Below are positions 63,708 to 64,000 of a stretch of 64,000 bases of DNA, piece by piece; position 1 is the stretch's first letter, and each line of letters opens with the position of its first letter. This DNA is from Podarcis liolepis. Its lineage: Eukaryota. Both the position numbers and the translations under genes were made by a program. The DNA lies in assembly GCA_965112155.1 (NCBI GenBank), contig OZ218098.1. One strand, given 5' to 3'. The notes under the pieces were generated by a model. It did not search any database. It saw only the letters and a list, made by a program, of their open reading frames with translations, and was not told the origin of the DNA.

Positions 63708-63959
63708 CAGGGGCCAGCAAACTTTTTCATCCGGGGGCCGGTCCACTGCCCTTCAGACCTTGGGGGGGGGGCAGACTATATTTTGAAAAAAAATAATGAA
63801 CGAATTCCTATGCCCCACAAATAACCCAGAGATGCATTTTAAATAAAAGGACACATTCTACTCATGTAAAAACATGCTGATTCCCAGACTGTCCGCGGGC
63901 CGGATTTAGAAGGTGATTGGGCCGGATCCGGCCTCCAGGCCTTAGTTTGCCTACCCATG
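63708..63959. mobile_element. hAT (Charlie-like) MITE
   Basis: CAGGGG...CCCATG ends; perfect 8-bp TSD GTTTAAAG. Confidence 0.85.
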
Positions 63960-64000
63960 GTTTAAAGTGTGTTTTGGGTGCAATATACAGTGTGACACTA

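Overview
Vertebrate genomic DNA. Sauria SINE, tRNA/CR1-tail SINE and BovB repeats point to a squamate, probably a lacertid lizard (inference). The left ~32 kb is a UGT1A cluster on the minus strand. It holds shared exon 2 (2168-2299) and six intact alternative first exons: four UGT1A1/bilirubin-group-like and two UGT1A6-like. It also holds one decayed first exon and two promoter+ATG stubs; shared exons 3-5 were not found and presumably lie left of the window. The right ~25 kb is USP40 on the plus strand, head-to-head with the cluster as in mammals, with a CpG-island promoter and 18 coding exons; the gene continues past the window. The rest is dense in transposons, many with readable target-site duplications (TSDs). 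I found no clearly new biological system. The best leads are a 3.35-kb endonuclease-less LINE with ORF1 fused in frame to RT, orphan UGT promoter stubs placed just upstream of functional exons, mosaic conversion-like homogenisation of paired UGT exons, and a splice-donor strength gradient across the variable exons. Family assignments come from recognising motifs by eye, not from database searches.
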